Shown one piece after another: positions 1 to 10,615 of a DNA stretch of 64,000 bases. Under the pieces are notes generated by a model that made no database searches, was not told the DNA's origin, and was given only the letters and a program-made list of their open reading frames with translations. This DNA is from an uncultured Bacilli bacterium. Lineage in GTDB: Bacteria > Bacillota_I > Bacilli_A > RF39 > UBA660. Both the position numbers and the translations under genes were made by a program. Location of the stretch: positions 10,812 to 74,811 of the forward strand of contig CAKOKU010000001.1 in assembly GCA_934095865.1 (NCBI GenBank), read 5' to 3'. Numbering within the stretch: the stretch's first letter is position 1; each line of letters begins with the position of its first letter.

Positions 1-139
1 CAAGAGAACTAAATCCTTCTATTAATTCTTGATTAATTATTTTTAAAATTCTATTATTCGGAAGTTCATATATTTTAGAACTTTCGCCAATGTGAACTAG
101 CTTTTTTTCTTTAAAAGTTGAAACTTCGATTTTTTCCAT
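1..139 (-). CDS. Partial CDS (first 46 codons, runs off left edge); unknown function, N-terminus resembles the kinase-like paralogues at 19955-22194
   Basis: Reverse-strand ATG at 139 preceded by GGGAGA; open to position 1: MEKIEVSTFKEKKLVHIGESSKIYELPNNRILKIINQELIEGFSSL. Absent from ORF track because no stop lies in the window. G-x4-IYE-x7-K-x-IN pattern shared with the 19955 gene. Confidence 0.5.
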   Translation of the reverse strand, partial: MEKIEVSTFKEKKLVHIGESSKIYELPNNRILKIINQELIEGFSSL

Positions 140-258
140 ATATTAATATTTCTCCCACTGATTTGTTAACTGTTCTGATTTTAATGATAAATTATTATGT
201 TGTCAATCTTTTTCTAGAGTTTTTTAGAATGTTATGATATCCTGATTTTAGGAGATGA

Positions 259-669
259 GTGGATGTGAAAGTAGTAGGAACAATGTTTTTTAAAAATAAT
301 AGTTTGTTGATAGATAAACCAAGGAAGCGTGCGACTTTTCAAATGGTTGGTGGTAAAGTTGAAGATGGGGAAACACCTTTGGAGGCTGCTATAAGAGAAT
401 GTCATGAAGAATTAGGGCCAAAAGCAAGCTTTGATGAAAATTTATTGGAATTAGTAATGGAGTTTGATGAAATAGCAACCAGTGATGGTAAAACGCCAAT
501 TCATTTTTATGTTTTTAAATATAATGGTAATTTAGTTGGTGAGCTTAGTCTTTCTGAAGAGATTGGTGATTTTATGTGGTATACAAGCTCAAATGGCACT
601 GATATATTGTCTAACACTTTAAAACATAAAGTAGTGCCTTATTGTATAAAAAATAAACTTATTAAATAA
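259..669 (+). CDS. NUDIX hydrolase (MutT-like)
   Basis: Nudix box GGKVEDGETPLEAAIRECHEELG; GTG start 7 nt after AGGAG. Confidence 0.85.
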   Translation: MDVKVVGTMFFKNNSLLIDKPRKRATFQMVGGKVEDGETPLEAAIRECHEELGPKASFDENLLELVMEFDEIATSDGKTPIHFYVFKYNGNLVGELSLSEEIGDFMWYTSSNGTDILSNTLKHKVVPYCIKNKLIK

Positions 670-754
670 TTTAACAATTTAAAACGTATTATCATATATA
701 AAATATTATTTGTATTGATTAACTTAGTGTGTTAAAATTGAATAATAGAGGAGT

Positions 755-2575
755 ATGGTTAATATGGATAATAATAATCAAAATCAAATTCCATCACCTG
801 ATGATATTTTTGGAACAGGTAGTGCTAGTAATCAAGGTGATAATAGTTTAACTAATAGTGCAAATTTTGTTAGTGGACAGCAAAGTGCTCAATCACAAAT
901 TGATAATGCTGGTACTTTTGATGCATCAAATAATTTTGGAAATGATATTTTTGGTACGGTAACGGAAACTACCGCTCCAACAAATGAAAATCAAGCTGTT
1001 AATAGTGTCGAACCGGTTTATAATCAGGCTGCTTTTGTAGGTGGAGAACAAAACAATAGTGCAATAACATTTGAAAATGGAAGTAATAATGATACTAGTA
1101 ATTTTCAAAGTAATATGAATATGCAAGAACCTGTCCAAAATAGTAATGAACAGTCTAATCTTGATTTTAATATTAATAATACAGCGTCGGTATCTGAACA
1201 GCCTATAAATGAAGTTCCTAATATCAACACTGCTAATGTTTTGGAAGCTTCTAATAATATAAGCGAGGTCAATAATTTAAATATTGAGTCAAATGCTACT
1301 GTTAATGATAATAATGTCAGTACTTCAACTTTCCAAAATCCTGAATATCAAGAGCAACCTCTTCAGAATGAGCTTGACAATTCCACTGTTAATATTGATC
1401 CAACTATTCAAATTAATAACACTGCCAATTTTCAATCAGTTGTAGATAACAATGTTGGTGGTTCAAATGTTAATTTAGAAACGACTAATCAAGATAATTC
1501 TTTAACAACCCCGGTTAGTGATAACACTAATTTAGGAATAAATACTGATAATGTTAATAACAATTTAAATGAGACTTCCCAAGTAAATGACGAAGACTTG
1601 TTAAAAGCCTATGTTGGTAAGAAGTATGATAAAATTAAAAAAGGAAAATTTAATATTTGGAGTTTCTTTTTTGGCTCTTTGTATTTTATGTACCGTAAAA
1701 TGTTTTTATATGGCATTATTATATATACTATCCAGCTTATTCTTTTAAATGGGGTAAAATACGGCGGTTGGATATGTGTAATTATTGATATAATTTTAGG
1801 CTTGTTTACAAATAAAATTTATTTGCAAGAAGTTAGTAAGAGAGTTAGTAAAATAAAAGCTGATAATAGTGGTAAAAGCTATGATGTAATTGCGACTATT
1901 TGTAAATTGACGGGCGGAACTAGTAAATTATTATTGAGTCTTGGAATGTATGTTATTAGTACAATAACAACTATTGTTTTAATAGTTATGATGATAATGG
2001 GTATAGGTAATTTATTTAAAAGTATAGGTGATACTATTAGCGGTTTAATTAATGGTAAAGTTAACATTAATGTTCCAAATAATGCTGATTCTAATAAAGA
2101 CAGTAATAATGATTTTTCTGATAATACTTCAGAAGAATATAATGGTATCTTATCATTTGATACAACTATAAAAATTAATGATATATTTAGTGTGATTATT
2201 CCTAGCGATTTTAAAGAAGATTCTATGATGAGTGAAGATTATAGTATAAATTATACTTATGATGGTAGTGCTATTTTTGGCGATTGTAGTTTTTCTTTAT
2301 CAAGTCCATTAGGCTATAAGAGTGCTGAAAATTTAGCTAGTTCTATGCATGATTATTATAGTGCCAGTACTGATGCTAGTGCTATGAATAGTGTTACTTA
2401 TAACAATATAACTTGGTATGGCTTTTCTAGTGCTAATAGTCTATCTACTGATTATTATTATCTTACTAATAAAGATGGTAAAATTTATCTTTTTAATTAT
2501 GAAAGTGGTAGAGATAATTTAGAAACTTGTAATATTTATAAAGATATGATTTTTAATAGTATAAAATTAAAATAG
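755..2575 (+). CDS. Membrane protein: N/Q/S-rich low-complexity N-terminal region (~270 aa), DUF2628-like TM core, C-terminal extracytoplasmic domain
   Basis: 606-aa ORF with GAGGAG RBS. Segment KKYDKIKKGKFNIWSFFFGSLYFMYRKMFLYG resembles the DUF2628 TM motif (from memory); further hydrophobic helices follow. Confidence 0.7.
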   Translation: MVNMDNNNQNQIPSPDDIFGTGSASNQGDNSLTNSANFVSGQQSAQSQIDNAGTFDASNNFGNDIFGTVTETTAPTNENQAVNSVEPVYNQAAFVGGEQNNSAITFENGSNNDTSNFQSNMNMQEPVQNSNEQSNLDFNINNTASVSEQPINEVPNINTANVLEASNNISEVNNLNIESNATVNDNNVSTSTFQNPEYQEQPLQNELDNSTVNIDPTIQINNTANFQSVVDNNVGGSNVNLETTNQDNSLTTPVSDNTNLGINTDNVNNNLNETSQVNDEDLLKAYVGKKYDKIKKGKFNIWSFFFGSLYFMYRKMFLYGIIIYTIQLILLNGVKYGGWICVIIDIILGLFTNKIYLQEVSKRVSKIKADNSGKSYDVIATICKLTGGTSKLLLSLGMYVISTITTIVLIVMMIMGIGNLFKSIGDTISGLINGKVNINVPNNADSNKDSNNDFSDNTSEEYNGILSFDTTIKINDIFSVIIPSDFKEDSMMSEDYSINYTYDGSAIFGDCSFSLSSPLGYKSAENLASSMHDYYSASTDASAMNSVTYNNITWYGFSSANSLSTDYYYLTNKDGKIYLFNYESGRDNLETCNIYKDMIFNSIKLK

Positions 2576-2581
2576 CACGAT

Positions 2582-2974
2582 TTATTCGTGCTTTTCATAT
2601 GTCCAAATGCCTAGTTTTCCTTTTGCATATATAGGTTCTTCTAGTATTTCGACTACCTCTAGTTGCCAAGCATATCTTCCTACTTCGTAACGACCAGAAT
2701 TAAATTCTTGTTGGTTTTTTTGAACTTCTTTTATAAACTGGGGTGTCATTAAAATACAATCTTTTAAGATACACTTACATAGGATATGACTTGGGTTAGG
2801 TTTAGATTTTAAATAATTACTAGCTATTGTTATGTTTGCTGATTTACTGAAACTTTTTCCAGCATGAATATAGATTTCACCACGGTAATTAGTTTTCCAA
2901 CTGCGAGTTTCATAAATTTTAATGCCATCTTTAATTAGGGTAGCAAATGGTTCTTTTATAGTTAATACTTTCAT
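2582..2974 (-). CDS. ASCH domain protein
   Basis: 130 aa; MKVLTIKEPFATLIKDGIKIYETRSWKTNYRGEIYIHAGK is typical of ASCH/PUA-like beta-barrel proteins. Confidence 0.65.
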   Translation of the reverse strand: MKVLTIKEPFATLIKDGIKIYETRSWKTNYRGEIYIHAGKSFSKSANITIASNYLKSKPNPSHILCKCILKDCILMTPQFIKEVQKNQQEFNSGRYEVGRYAWQLEVVEILEEPIYAKGKLGIWTYEKHE

Positions 2975-3107
2975 TTAGTTGCTCTCTTTCTTAAGTAATT
3001 ATAACATATTATTAATTTCTAAATCATTGATTAGTTACCTTAGATAGATAAAATCAACTATCATTTTTTTAAAATATTTAATTACGTTTAATATTTTCTT
3101 ATGTAGA

Positions 3108-3136
3108 TTTACATCTTTTTTTAGAGGTGGTATACT
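3108..3136 (+). promoter_or_regulatory. Sigma-A-type promoter candidate for the nifS-like/ttcA-like pair
   Basis: TTTACA (3108-3113), 17-nt spacer, TGG-TATACT (TATACT at 3131-3136), about 30 nt upstream of the start codon. Confidence 0.5.
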
Positions 3137-3166
3137 AAGTTAGATTTTAAGACAAGGGGTGAATGT

Positions 3167-4291
3167 ATGATATATTTCGATTATGCTGCTGCGACGCCAG
3201 TTGATAAAGATGTACTAAATGAATATGTAATGTTAACTAAACATTATGGTAATCCGAATAGTGTTCATAGTCTGGGTTTGGAGAGTTTGAATTTGGTTAA
3301 TAAATATACTGAGAATATGGCAACGTTATTGGGAGTAGATACGGAAGAATTAATTTATACCAGTGGTGCAAGTGAATCAAATAATTTGGCAATAAAAGGA
3401 TGTGCTTTAAGGTATAAAAATTTTGGCAAACACATTTTAATTAGTAGTTTAGAACATAATTCAGTTACAGCTTCAGCTTTGAGTTTACAACAAATGGGAT
3501 TTGAAGTAGAATTAATTCTTGTTAATAAAAATGGTTTAATTGATTGTGAAATGCTAAGAAAAATGATAAGAAATGATACTATTTTAGTGAGTGTTTGTGC
3601 CGTAGATAGTGAAATGGGCTTAGTTCAACCAATTAAAGAAATATCTGATATTGTTAAAAATTATCCACATTGTATTTTTCATACAGACGCTACTCAAGCA
3701 ATTGGTAAAGTAACTTTTGATTTTAGTATTCCTGATTTAGTAACTTTGGCTCCACATAAATTTTATGGTTTAGGTAGTAGTGGTCTACTTATAAAGAAAA
3801 AAAACGTTAGTTTAGTGCCGCAAATAGATGGGGGAAGATCGACGAGTGTTTATAGAAGTGGAACTCCGGATTTGCCTATGATTGGAGCTATGTGTGTAGC
3901 TTTAAATAAGGCTTTAACAAATATTGATAAAAATTGTGATTATGTTACTAATTTGAGCAATAAAATAAAAACTGAATTAAGAGAATATGAAAATGTTATT
4001 TTAAATAATAGAGATAACTCAATTAATTATACAATAAACTTTAGTTTAAAAGGAATGAAGTCTTTAGATATTCAAAAAATGTTAAATGAATATGATATTA
4101 TAGTAGGTACTAAAACATCATGCTGTCCTGTTTTAACACCATCTAAATTAGTGTACGCATTAACAAAAGATAAACAAATTGCCTCTTCGTCGATTAGATT
4201 AAGTATTTCATATTTAACAACAGAAAAAGAAGTTAATACCTTATTAGAGGTTTTTGATAAAATTTATAGGGAGTATTATGGAGAAGTATAA
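3167..4291 (+). CDS. Cysteine desulfurase (class V aminotransferase, NifS/IscS-like)
   Basis: MIYFDYAATTP-type N-terminus; PLP-lysine context LAPHKFYG; C-terminal TSCCP active-site Cys region. Confidence 0.85.
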   Translation: MIYFDYAAATPVDKDVLNEYVMLTKHYGNPNSVHSLGLESLNLVNKYTENMATLLGVDTEELIYTSGASESNNLAIKGCALRYKNFGKHILISSLEHNSVTASALSLQQMGFEVELILVNKNGLIDCEMLRKMIRNDTILVSVCAVDSEMGLVQPIKEISDIVKNYPHCIFHTDATQAIGKVTFDFSIPDLVTLAPHKFYGLGSSGLLIKKKNVSLVPQIDGGRSTSVYRSGTPDLPMIGAMCVALNKALTNIDKNCDYVTNLSNKIKTELREYENVILNNRDNSINYTINFSLKGMKSLDIQKMLNEYDIIVGTKTSCCPVLTPSKLVYALTKDKQIASSSIRLSISYLTTEKEVNTLLEVFDKIYREYYGEV

Positions 4292-5117
4292 AGAAATAGA
4301 AAGAAGTATTATAAAGAAGTTTCGTAAAGAGATTTGGTCAAGATTTACTAAAGCTGTCCGTGATTATGAATTAATTCAAGAGAATGATAATATTATGGTT
4401 TGTATAAGTGGTGGTAAAGATTCATTTTTGCTAGCAAAGTGTATTCAAGAACTTCAAAGACATGGTAAAGTTAATTTTAATGCGCATTATGTAGTAATGG
4501 ATCCTGGTTATAATGAATATAATAAACAATATATTTTGGATAATGCATCTTTACTTAATGTTCCTATTGAAATGTTTAGTACAGATATTTTTGATGTTGT
4601 TAGTACTGTTGATAGTAAGAGTCCATGTTATTTGTGCGCAAGAATGAGAAGAGGACATTTATATAATAAAGCTAAAGAACTTGGCTGTAACAAAATTGCT
4701 TTAGGTCACCATTTTGATGATGTAATTGAAACTACGCTTTTGTCGATGTTTTATGGTGCTGAAATAAAAACCATGTTACCTAAATTACATAGTACAAATT
4801 TTGAAGGCTTAGAGCTTATTCGACCTCTTTATTTAGTTAAAGAACAAGACGTTATTAATTGGCGTGATTATAATGAATTAACTTTTATTAATTGTGCTTG
4901 TCGATTTACTGAAGGATGTTCATTAATAAATGATGGGACGAGTAAACGTAAAGAAATTAAAGAATTAATAAAAAAATTAAGAACAATTAATAATGATATA
5001 GATAATAATATTTTTAAAAGTATGGATAATGTTAATATTAATGCCGTTTTGGGTATAAAAAATGATGGAGAATATAAGAGCTTTTTAGATGATTATAATA
5101 ATAAAATTGCAAAATAA
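4278..5117 (+). CDS. PP-loop ATP pyrophosphatase, TtcA-family tRNA thiolation enzyme
   Basis: SGGKDS PP-loop and PCYLCARMRRG Cys motif. Start moved to the ATG at 4278 (AGGGAG RBS), overlapping the desulfurase stop by 14 nt. Confidence 0.8.
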   Translation: MEKYKEIERSIIKKFRKEIWSRFTKAVRDYELIQENDNIMVCISGGKDSFLLAKCIQELQRHGKVNFNAHYVVMDPGYNEYNKQYILDNASLLNVPIEMFSTDIFDVVSTVDSKSPCYLCARMRRGHLYNKAKELGCNKIALGHHFDDVIETTLLSMFYGAEIKTMLPKLHSTNFEGLELIRPLYLVKEQDVINWRDYNELTFINCACRFTEGCSLINDGTSKRKEIKELIKKLRTINNDIDNNIFKSMDNVNINAVLGIKNDGEYKSFLDDYNNKIAK

Positions 5118-5154
5118 TTTGATGTGTTATTAATGTTTTTGTTAGGTAAATTGA

Positions 5155-5192
5155 ACAGTGAGTTTAAAGCGTGAACTTGCTGTTTTAATTTT
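5155..5192 (+). terminator. Rho-independent terminator candidate
   Basis: ACAGTGAGTT / AACTTGCTGT stem (two G-U pairs) followed by TTTTAATTTTT. Confidence 0.45.
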
Positions 5193-5378
5193 TATTTTGA
5201 TAAAATTAACTTTATTTAATATAAAAAAATAATTTCTTAAATAACAAATAATAAAATAGTAATTTTAATTTATAATTATTGATTAAGTTTTTAAAATAAT
5301 TACTTGTAATTGTCTTAAAATACTGTAAAATTATAGTTGTTAGTACGTGATGTACTTTTTAGTAAGTAGAGGAATAAT

Positions 5379-7268
5379 ATGACTAGAGAAGAATTATTAA
5401 AACTAAAAGAAAAATTAAAGGGATTGAACGCGGAACAAGAAATGGAAAGAGATTTGTATCTTCGTAATATTGCCAATGGTACTATTGAGGGACCTTCTGT
5501 TGGAATTCCATCTATTGATAAGCCTTGGTTAAAATATTACACTGAAAATCAAATGCAAAGAAAAATGCCTGCTATGCGAGTTTATGATTATTTATATGAA
5601 TGTAATAAAGGTCATTTAAATAATATTGCTTTAAGCTATTATGGTAGAAAAATAACTTTTAGAGAACTTTTTGAAAATATAGATAGAACTGCTAAAGCTT
5701 TAATTGGTTTGGGAGTAAAACCTGGTGATATTGTAACAATATCAATGCCTAATACACCAGAGGCTGTATATTTGTTTTATGCTATTAGTAAAATTGGTGT
5801 AATTGGTAATATGGTTGATCCTAGAACCAGTGCTGAAGGAATAAAAAATTATGTTGATGAAGTTAAATCTGACCTAGTAATAATTGTTGATAGTTATTAT
5901 GATAAAGTAAGAGATATGGTTGGAAATTCTACTGTATCAAAAGTGGTTTGCGTGTCGCCATCAGAATCATTACCAGTTGTTTTGAATGTTGCTTACAAAT
6001 TGAAGGATAAAATTGATACTCTAAAAGATTCTGATAAGAAAATTAATTATGGCGAAAATGTCTTAAACTGGAAACAATTTATTCAAAGTGGTGAAAATAT
6101 TAATTTACTGGGTGTATTTTATTATCAAAAAGATTATCCAGTTGTAATTGAACATACTGGTGGTACAACAGGTAAACCAAAAGGCGTAGTTTTAAGCAAT
6201 GAAAATATTAATTCTGTTGCTTTACAAAGCGTTTTAACTGGTATTGATATGAAAAGGGAACATAATTGGATGGATATTATGCCTACCTTTATAGCTTATG
6301 GTGTTGGCATGGGATTACATTTGCCTTTGACAATAGGAATGGAAACAATTTTAATTCCTCAATTTGATCCGGCTAAATTTGATGAACTTATTTTAAAAAA
6401 TAAACCAATTCATATGGTAGGTGTTCCTTCATATTGGGGAACTATCATCAATAGCAAAAGATTGAAAAATAAAGATTTATCTTATATGATTGCTCCAACA
6501 GTAGGTGGCGATGCTATGGATAGAAAACTAGAAATGGATGCTAATGAATATTTAAAGAAACATGGTTGTGCTTCTAAAATTGTTAAAGGCTATGGGATGA
6601 CTGAAGTTACTGGTGGTGTTGCTGGTACTGTTGATGAAAATAATGAAATTGGAAGTGTTGGTATTCCTTTTGTAAAAAGTACAATAGCTATATTTGAACC
6701 ACAAACAGAAAATGAATTAGGATATAATCAAAAGGGTGAGATATGTATTTCAAGTCCAAATATGATGCTTGGTTATTATAATAATTTGGAAGCAACAAAT
6801 GCTATTGTATGGACCCATGCTGATGGAAAAAAATGGATTCACACAGGTGATTCTGGATATATGACAGAAAATGGCAATATTTTTGTTATTGATCGTATTA
6901 AAAGAATGATTATTCGTTATGATGGTTTTAAAGTATTCCCATCAGTAATTGAAGATGTAATTGTTTCTCATCCTGCGGTTGCTGCTTGTAAGGTTGTAGG
7001 TATTCCTGATGTTAATCATAGTCAAGGAAAATTACCAAAGGCTCATGTTGTTTTAAAAGAAGCATATAAATATATGGAAAGTGATATTTATAAAGAATTG
7101 CAAGATTTATGTTTTGTGAGACTTCCAGAATATTGTTTACCAGCTGATTATGAATTTACTGATGAATTACCAGTAACATCAATTGGTAAAATAGATTATC
7201 GTAAGCTTGAAGAAATGGATTTAGAAAAAATAACAGCTGGTAAAAAACATATATTGAAGAATAATTAG
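5379..7268 (+). CDS. AMP-dependent (adenylate-forming) acyl-CoA/acyl-carrier ligase
   Basis: ANL superfamily motifs TGGTTGKPKGV, GYGMTE, GDSGYMTENG, IGKIDYRKL. Confidence 0.85.
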   Translation: MTREELLKLKEKLKGLNAEQEMERDLYLRNIANGTIEGPSVGIPSIDKPWLKYYTENQMQRKMPAMRVYDYLYECNKGHLNNIALSYYGRKITFRELFENIDRTAKALIGLGVKPGDIVTISMPNTPEAVYLFYAISKIGVIGNMVDPRTSAEGIKNYVDEVKSDLVIIVDSYYDKVRDMVGNSTVSKVVCVSPSESLPVVLNVAYKLKDKIDTLKDSDKKINYGENVLNWKQFIQSGENINLLGVFYYQKDYPVVIEHTGGTTGKPKGVVLSNENINSVALQSVLTGIDMKREHNWMDIMPTFIAYGVGMGLHLPLTIGMETILIPQFDPAKFDELILKNKPIHMVGVPSYWGTIINSKRLKNKDLSYMIAPTVGGDAMDRKLEMDANEYLKKHGCASKIVKGYGMTEVTGGVAGTVDENNEIGSVGIPFVKSTIAIFEPQTENELGYNQKGEICISSPNMMLGYYNNLEATNAIVWTHADGKKWIHTGDSGYMTENGNIFVIDRIKRMIIRYDGFKVFPSVIEDVIVSHPAVAACKVVGIPDVNHSQGKLPKAHVVLKEAYKYMESDIYKELQDLCFVRLPEYCLPADYEFTDELPVTSIGKIDYRKLEEMDLEKITAGKKHILKNN

Positions 7269-7288
7269 AATGTGGTTGGTGAACTAGT

Positions 7289-9568
7289 ATGATAATAGGG
7301 ATGTCGTTTATTGTTTGCAGCTTAATTTATACATTACTACTTTGTGTTATATATTTTTCTAAATCAAGAATAAAGACAATAGAAACAAGAATGTATGCTG
7401 TACTTTTGATATTAAATGTTGTTGGTTTAATTTTAGAGTTCTTTTGTTGCTTAACTGTTAAAAATCAAGCTGTTATTCCAATTATTAATACGATTGTGAA
7501 TAGAGCCTATTTAGTTTATTTTACTACTTTTATCACGTTATTTACAATTTATATTTATATTATTTGTAATAAAAAGGATTCTGTTAATAAACATTTACTT
7601 CAATTGTTTAACAAGTATGAAATTACGTGGTTTTCTTTATTATTTATTGTGCTGTTGGTTGGGGTATTGTTTTTTCCAATTGAATATTATTATGATGGTG
7701 TGTCTGTTTATTCATTTGGAGCGGCTCCCAATGTTTTAATGATATTTAGTGCTATATACATGATTATTGATGTCATTTCTGTATCTTTAAATATTAAAAA
7801 GATAAAAAAAAGAAAATTAATTCCTTTAATTACATTATTTATTTGTTTTGTAATTGCGTTTATTGTAAGAAATATTAATCCTGGCATTATTCTTATTACT
7901 TGTTCTTTTGCTTTTGTAACAGCTGTAATGTATTTTACAATTGAAAATCCTGATTTAAAAATGGTTAATCAATTAGAACTTGCTAAAAATGAAGCAGAAA
8001 AAGCGAATAGGGCAAAGTCAGATTTCTTGTCTAGTATGAGTCATGAAATAAGAACGCCATTAAATGCTATTGTTGGTCTTTCTAATGATATGAAAGAACG
8101 TGGTAATTGTCCAGAAGATATGAAAGAAGATCTTAATGATATTGTTAGTGCTTCTAATACTTTATTAGAAATAGTTGGAAATATTATGGATATTAATAAG
8201 ATAGAGTCTGATAAAATGGAAATTATTGAGATTCCATATAATTTTAAAGAAGAAATAGAAACTTTAGCGCGTATTGATTCAGTTAGAATTGGTGACAAAC
8301 CAATTGAATTAAAGGTTGATATTGAACAAGATATTCCTTATGAGTTGATTGGGGATAAGGGGCATATTAAGGAAATTGTTAATAATTTATTATCTAATGC
8401 GATTAAATATACCGATGCCGGAACAATTAACTTGAGTGCCAAATGTATAAATAAAGATAATATTTGCAAGCTTATTATAACTTGTAGAGATACTGGTAGA
8501 GGTATTAAAGCAGAAAATATTACTAGATTGTTTAGTAAGTTTGATAGATTAGATGTTGAAAGAAATACAACAGTTGAAGGTACTGGTTTAGGACTTGCTA
8601 TTACCAAAAAATTAGTAGAGCTGATGGGTGGGTCTATTAATGTGCAGTCAACGTTTGGTGAAGGTTCAATTTTTATGGTTACCATACCACAAAGAATTGG
8701 AAAGATGAGCAAACCACTTACTGAAGAGGAACTACTTAATACAGCGCAGATAATGTTAGATGCTAATAAGAATATTGAAATTTATGCTGATAAGAGAATC
8801 TTAGTAGTAGATGATAATAAATTAAATATTAAAGTTGCTAGACGAGCTTTGGAACCTTTGAAATTTGCTTTAATAGATGATGCTGGAAATGGTCAAGAAT
8901 GTCTAGATAAAATAAAAGCAGGAAACAACTATGATGTTATTTTGATGGATATTATGATGCCAATTATGAGTGGTGAGACAGCTATTAAAAAATTACACGA
9001 AATAAAAGGTTTTAATACACCCGTAGTTGCCTTGACTGCGGATGCTATAAGTGGCGCCGAAGAAAAATATAAAAGTGAAGGCTTTGTAAGCTATATTGCA
9101 AAACCTTTTAGTAAAGAACAAATAAAATTAAAATTAGATAGTATTTTTAATAAATCAATAAGCAATGAGGATGTAGATAAGGAAACTAACATATCTAGTG
9201 AAGCCAAAGAAAATTATTTGTTAGACAATGGTATAAATTATAGGAATGGCATTGAATTGTTTGGAGATATAGAAACTTATAATGAAATGCTAAGTGATTG
9301 GTATCATGATTGTGAACAAAAATGGTCAAAAGTCAAAGAATTGTACCAAAATTCTGATATGAAAAATTATTCTGTTGAAGTTCATTCTTTAAAAAGTGAT
9401 AGTAAATATTTTGGCTTTACTAAATTGGCGGAATTAGCGTTAAATCATGAACTAAGAAGTAAGGAAAATGACCTTAAATATGTTAAAAGTAATTTTAAGA
9501 CGTTAGAAAAAGAATATCAAAGAATTGTTAAAATTGTTGCTGTATATTTAAAAAATAAAGAAAGTTAA
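7289..9568 (+). CDS. Hybrid sensor histidine kinase (polytopic TM sensor, HisKA, HATPase_c, REC, HPt)
   Basis: About 6-7 TM helices. H-box SHEIRTPLN; G-boxes DTGRGI and GTGLGL; receiver DVILMDIMMP and KPF; C-terminal HPt VHSLKSDSKYFG (His codon 9383-9385). Confidence 0.9.
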   Translation: MIIGMSFIVCSLIYTLLLCVIYFSKSRIKTIETRMYAVLLILNVVGLILEFFCCLTVKNQAVIPIINTIVNRAYLVYFTTFITLFTIYIYIICNKKDSVNKHLLQLFNKYEITWFSLLFIVLLVGVLFFPIEYYYDGVSVYSFGAAPNVLMIFSAIYMIIDVISVSLNIKKIKKRKLIPLITLFICFVIAFIVRNINPGIILITCSFAFVTAVMYFTIENPDLKMVNQLELAKNEAEKANRAKSDFLSSMSHEIRTPLNAIVGLSNDMKERGNCPEDMKEDLNDIVSASNTLLEIVGNIMDINKIESDKMEIIEIPYNFKEEIETLARIDSVRIGDKPIELKVDIEQDIPYELIGDKGHIKEIVNNLLSNAIKYTDAGTINLSAKCINKDNICKLIITCRDTGRGIKAENITRLFSKFDRLDVERNTTVEGTGLGLAITKKLVELMGGSINVQSTFGEGSIFMVTIPQRIGKMSKPLTEEELLNTAQIMLDANKNIEIYADKRILVVDDNKLNIKVARRALEPLKFALIDDAGNGQECLDKIKAGNNYDVILMDIMMPIMSGETAIKKLHEIKGFNTPVVALTADAISGAEEKYKSEGFVSYIAKPFSKEQIKLKLDSIFNKSISNEDVDKETNISSEAKENYLLDNGINYRNGIELFGDIETYNEMLSDWYHDCEQKWSKVKELYQNSDMKNYSVEVHSLKSDSKYFGFTKLAELALNHELRSKENDLKYVKSNFKTLEKEYQRIVKIVAVYLKNKES

Positions 9569-9626
9569 TAATTAGTTTACTTTCTTTTTTTTGTTTGCTA
9601 GAATAATTTTTGAATTAGGAGCTATT

Positions 9627-10574
9627 ATGAAAAACTATGGTATAATGCATTTTCAATATGCAAATTTAGAAAATTTTACATCTGCTATGGGGATGGAAAT
9701 TCGAAAAAAAATGAATAAATATTTACGAGATATTTTAAAAAAGGCAGCGAAAGAGGAGATTGTTGTTGAACATTATCCACAACTTCATGATGACGAAGCT
9801 TATATTTTTGTTTCTTTGCATAATTTTGTAGAAGATACAATTGTTAATTTAGCGACAATTGATCGAAATGCTTATCTTCTATTTGGGACGACTGACCAGT
9901 TAAAAGTAAATAAGGAGATGTACTTTGCTTGGCTAAATGGTTTTATTTATGTTGATAGAACAGATAAAACTAATCGTGCCATGGCTTTAGAAAAAATGGC
10001 TAGAGTTTTAAATAATGGTAATAGTGTTTTGATTTTTCCCGAGGGTGGATTTAATAATACTGAAAATGTATTATGTCAAAAATTATTTGCTAGTCCATTT
10101 ATTTTAGCTAAAAAAACCGGTGCTAAAGTCGTACCAATTGCTCCTTTTTATGAGTATGGTTCTTCTAAAGTTTATATAAATGTTGGCGAACCATTAGATT
10201 TAGCAGCATTCGATGATAAGAAAGAGGCCCTTTTGTACCTACGCGATATTTTATCAACATTGTTATATGAATTAATAGAAAAATATTCAACACCCATAGC
10301 CAGAGCTGAATTACAAGGCGATTTTAGAATGGCATTTATGGAACAAAGAAAAAAAGAATATATGAAAACGAAATGGACTAAGGATGTTTGGGATGAAGAA
10401 TTAACTAGATATTATGATGCCAAAGAAAGAGATTATTTAGATATGCTTGCAAGTATTGACAATATAAAAGTAACTATTGAAAATGGTGGTATTTTGGGTC
10501 CAACTTTAGTAAGAAGGCTTGAAGATAAAAAATATGATTTTAAACAATATATGCATGAAAATTGGAACAAATAA
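9627..10574 (+). CDS. PlsC/LPLAT-family acyltransferase (1-acyl-sn-glycerol-3-phosphate acyltransferase-like)
   Basis: H-x4-D motif HNFVED and FPEGG motif. Start moved to the ATG at 9627 (AGGAG RBS). Confidence 0.7.
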   Translation: MKNYGIMHFQYANLENFTSAMGMEIRKKMNKYLRDILKKAAKEEIVVEHYPQLHDDEAYIFVSLHNFVEDTIVNLATIDRNAYLLFGTTDQLKVNKEMYFAWLNGFIYVDRTDKTNRAMALEKMARVLNNGNSVLIFPEGGFNNTENVLCQKLFASPFILAKKTGAKVVPIAPFYEYGSSKVYINVGEPLDLAAFDDKKEALLYLRDILSTLLYELIEKYSTPIARAELQGDFRMAFMEQRKKEYMKTKWTKDVWDEELTRYYDAKERDYLDMLASIDNIKVTIENGGILGPTLVRRLEDKKYDFKQYMHENWNK

Positions 10575-10615
10575 AATTTAAATGTTATAATAAACCTATA
10601 ATAGGAGTTGATTTT

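Noticed and set aside
755-1600. The N/Q-rich region of the 755-2575 gene interpreted as a tandem DNA or protein repeat array.
   Set aside because: I found no fixed repeat unit or period at either the DNA or protein level. It is compositional low complexity rather than a repeat.
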